Below, piece after piece: positions 63,988 through 64,000 of a DNA stretch of 64,000 nt. The notes under the pieces were generated by a model that was not told the DNA's origin, searched no databases, and worked only from the letters and a program-made list of their open reading frames with translations. The stretch is from a virus. Lineage: Duplodnaviria > Caudoviricetes. Every line of letters begins with the position of its first letter. Position 1 is the first letter of the stretch. The position numbers and the translations under genes were made by a program. The DNA is taken from IMG/VR virus record IMGVR_UViG_3300037067_023527, positions 1 through 64,000 of that record; one strand, given 5' to 3'.

Positions 63988-64000
63988 TGCGGGGATAAAA

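Noticed and set aside
1-64000. Reverse transcriptase systems (DGR, retron), introns/inteins, prophage att junction
   Set aside because: No RT motifs, no interrupted terL/dnaB, and no host-gene boundary recognised.

Overview
The window is 64 kb of a large tailed (Caudoviricetes-like) phage or prophage genome, with no host chromosomal genes seen. Layout: replication genes (initiator C-terminus, DnaC-like loader, DnaB; 1-2.3 kb); VRR-NUC, DNA methyltransferase and MmcB-like genes; a 7-kb glycosyltransferase/methyltransferase/radical-SAM cluster (6.1-13.2 kb); a catalytic-domain-only tyrosine recombinase; a minus-strand early-type operon (27.75 to 14.6 kb: many small ORFs, RadC/JAB, ComEA-like, alpha-CTD-like, Mini-A/Top6A-like, SF2 and SF1 helicases); a divergent control region with a strand-composition switch (27.8-29.7 kb); a long plus-strand accessory region (ACP, radical SAM, nucleotidyltransferase, Acb2/Tad1-like, two more DNA methyltransferases, DUF5131, four tRNAs); then terminase large subunit and portal. 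The most striking element is a non-coding array of 13 units with an exact 35-bp period at 18090-18550. It has two alternating conserved repeats and two 8-nt variable spacers per unit, which is TIGR-like guide-RNA architecture. No Tas/Nop gene is recognisable in the window; the array sits directly behind a Top6A/Spo11-like gene. Also notable are six G-U-rich long hairpins just before early-gene Shine-Dalgarno (SD) sites, and at least 14 copies of the palindrome GTACC(N0-2)GGTAC. All protein calls come from motif recognition by eye; no searches were run.
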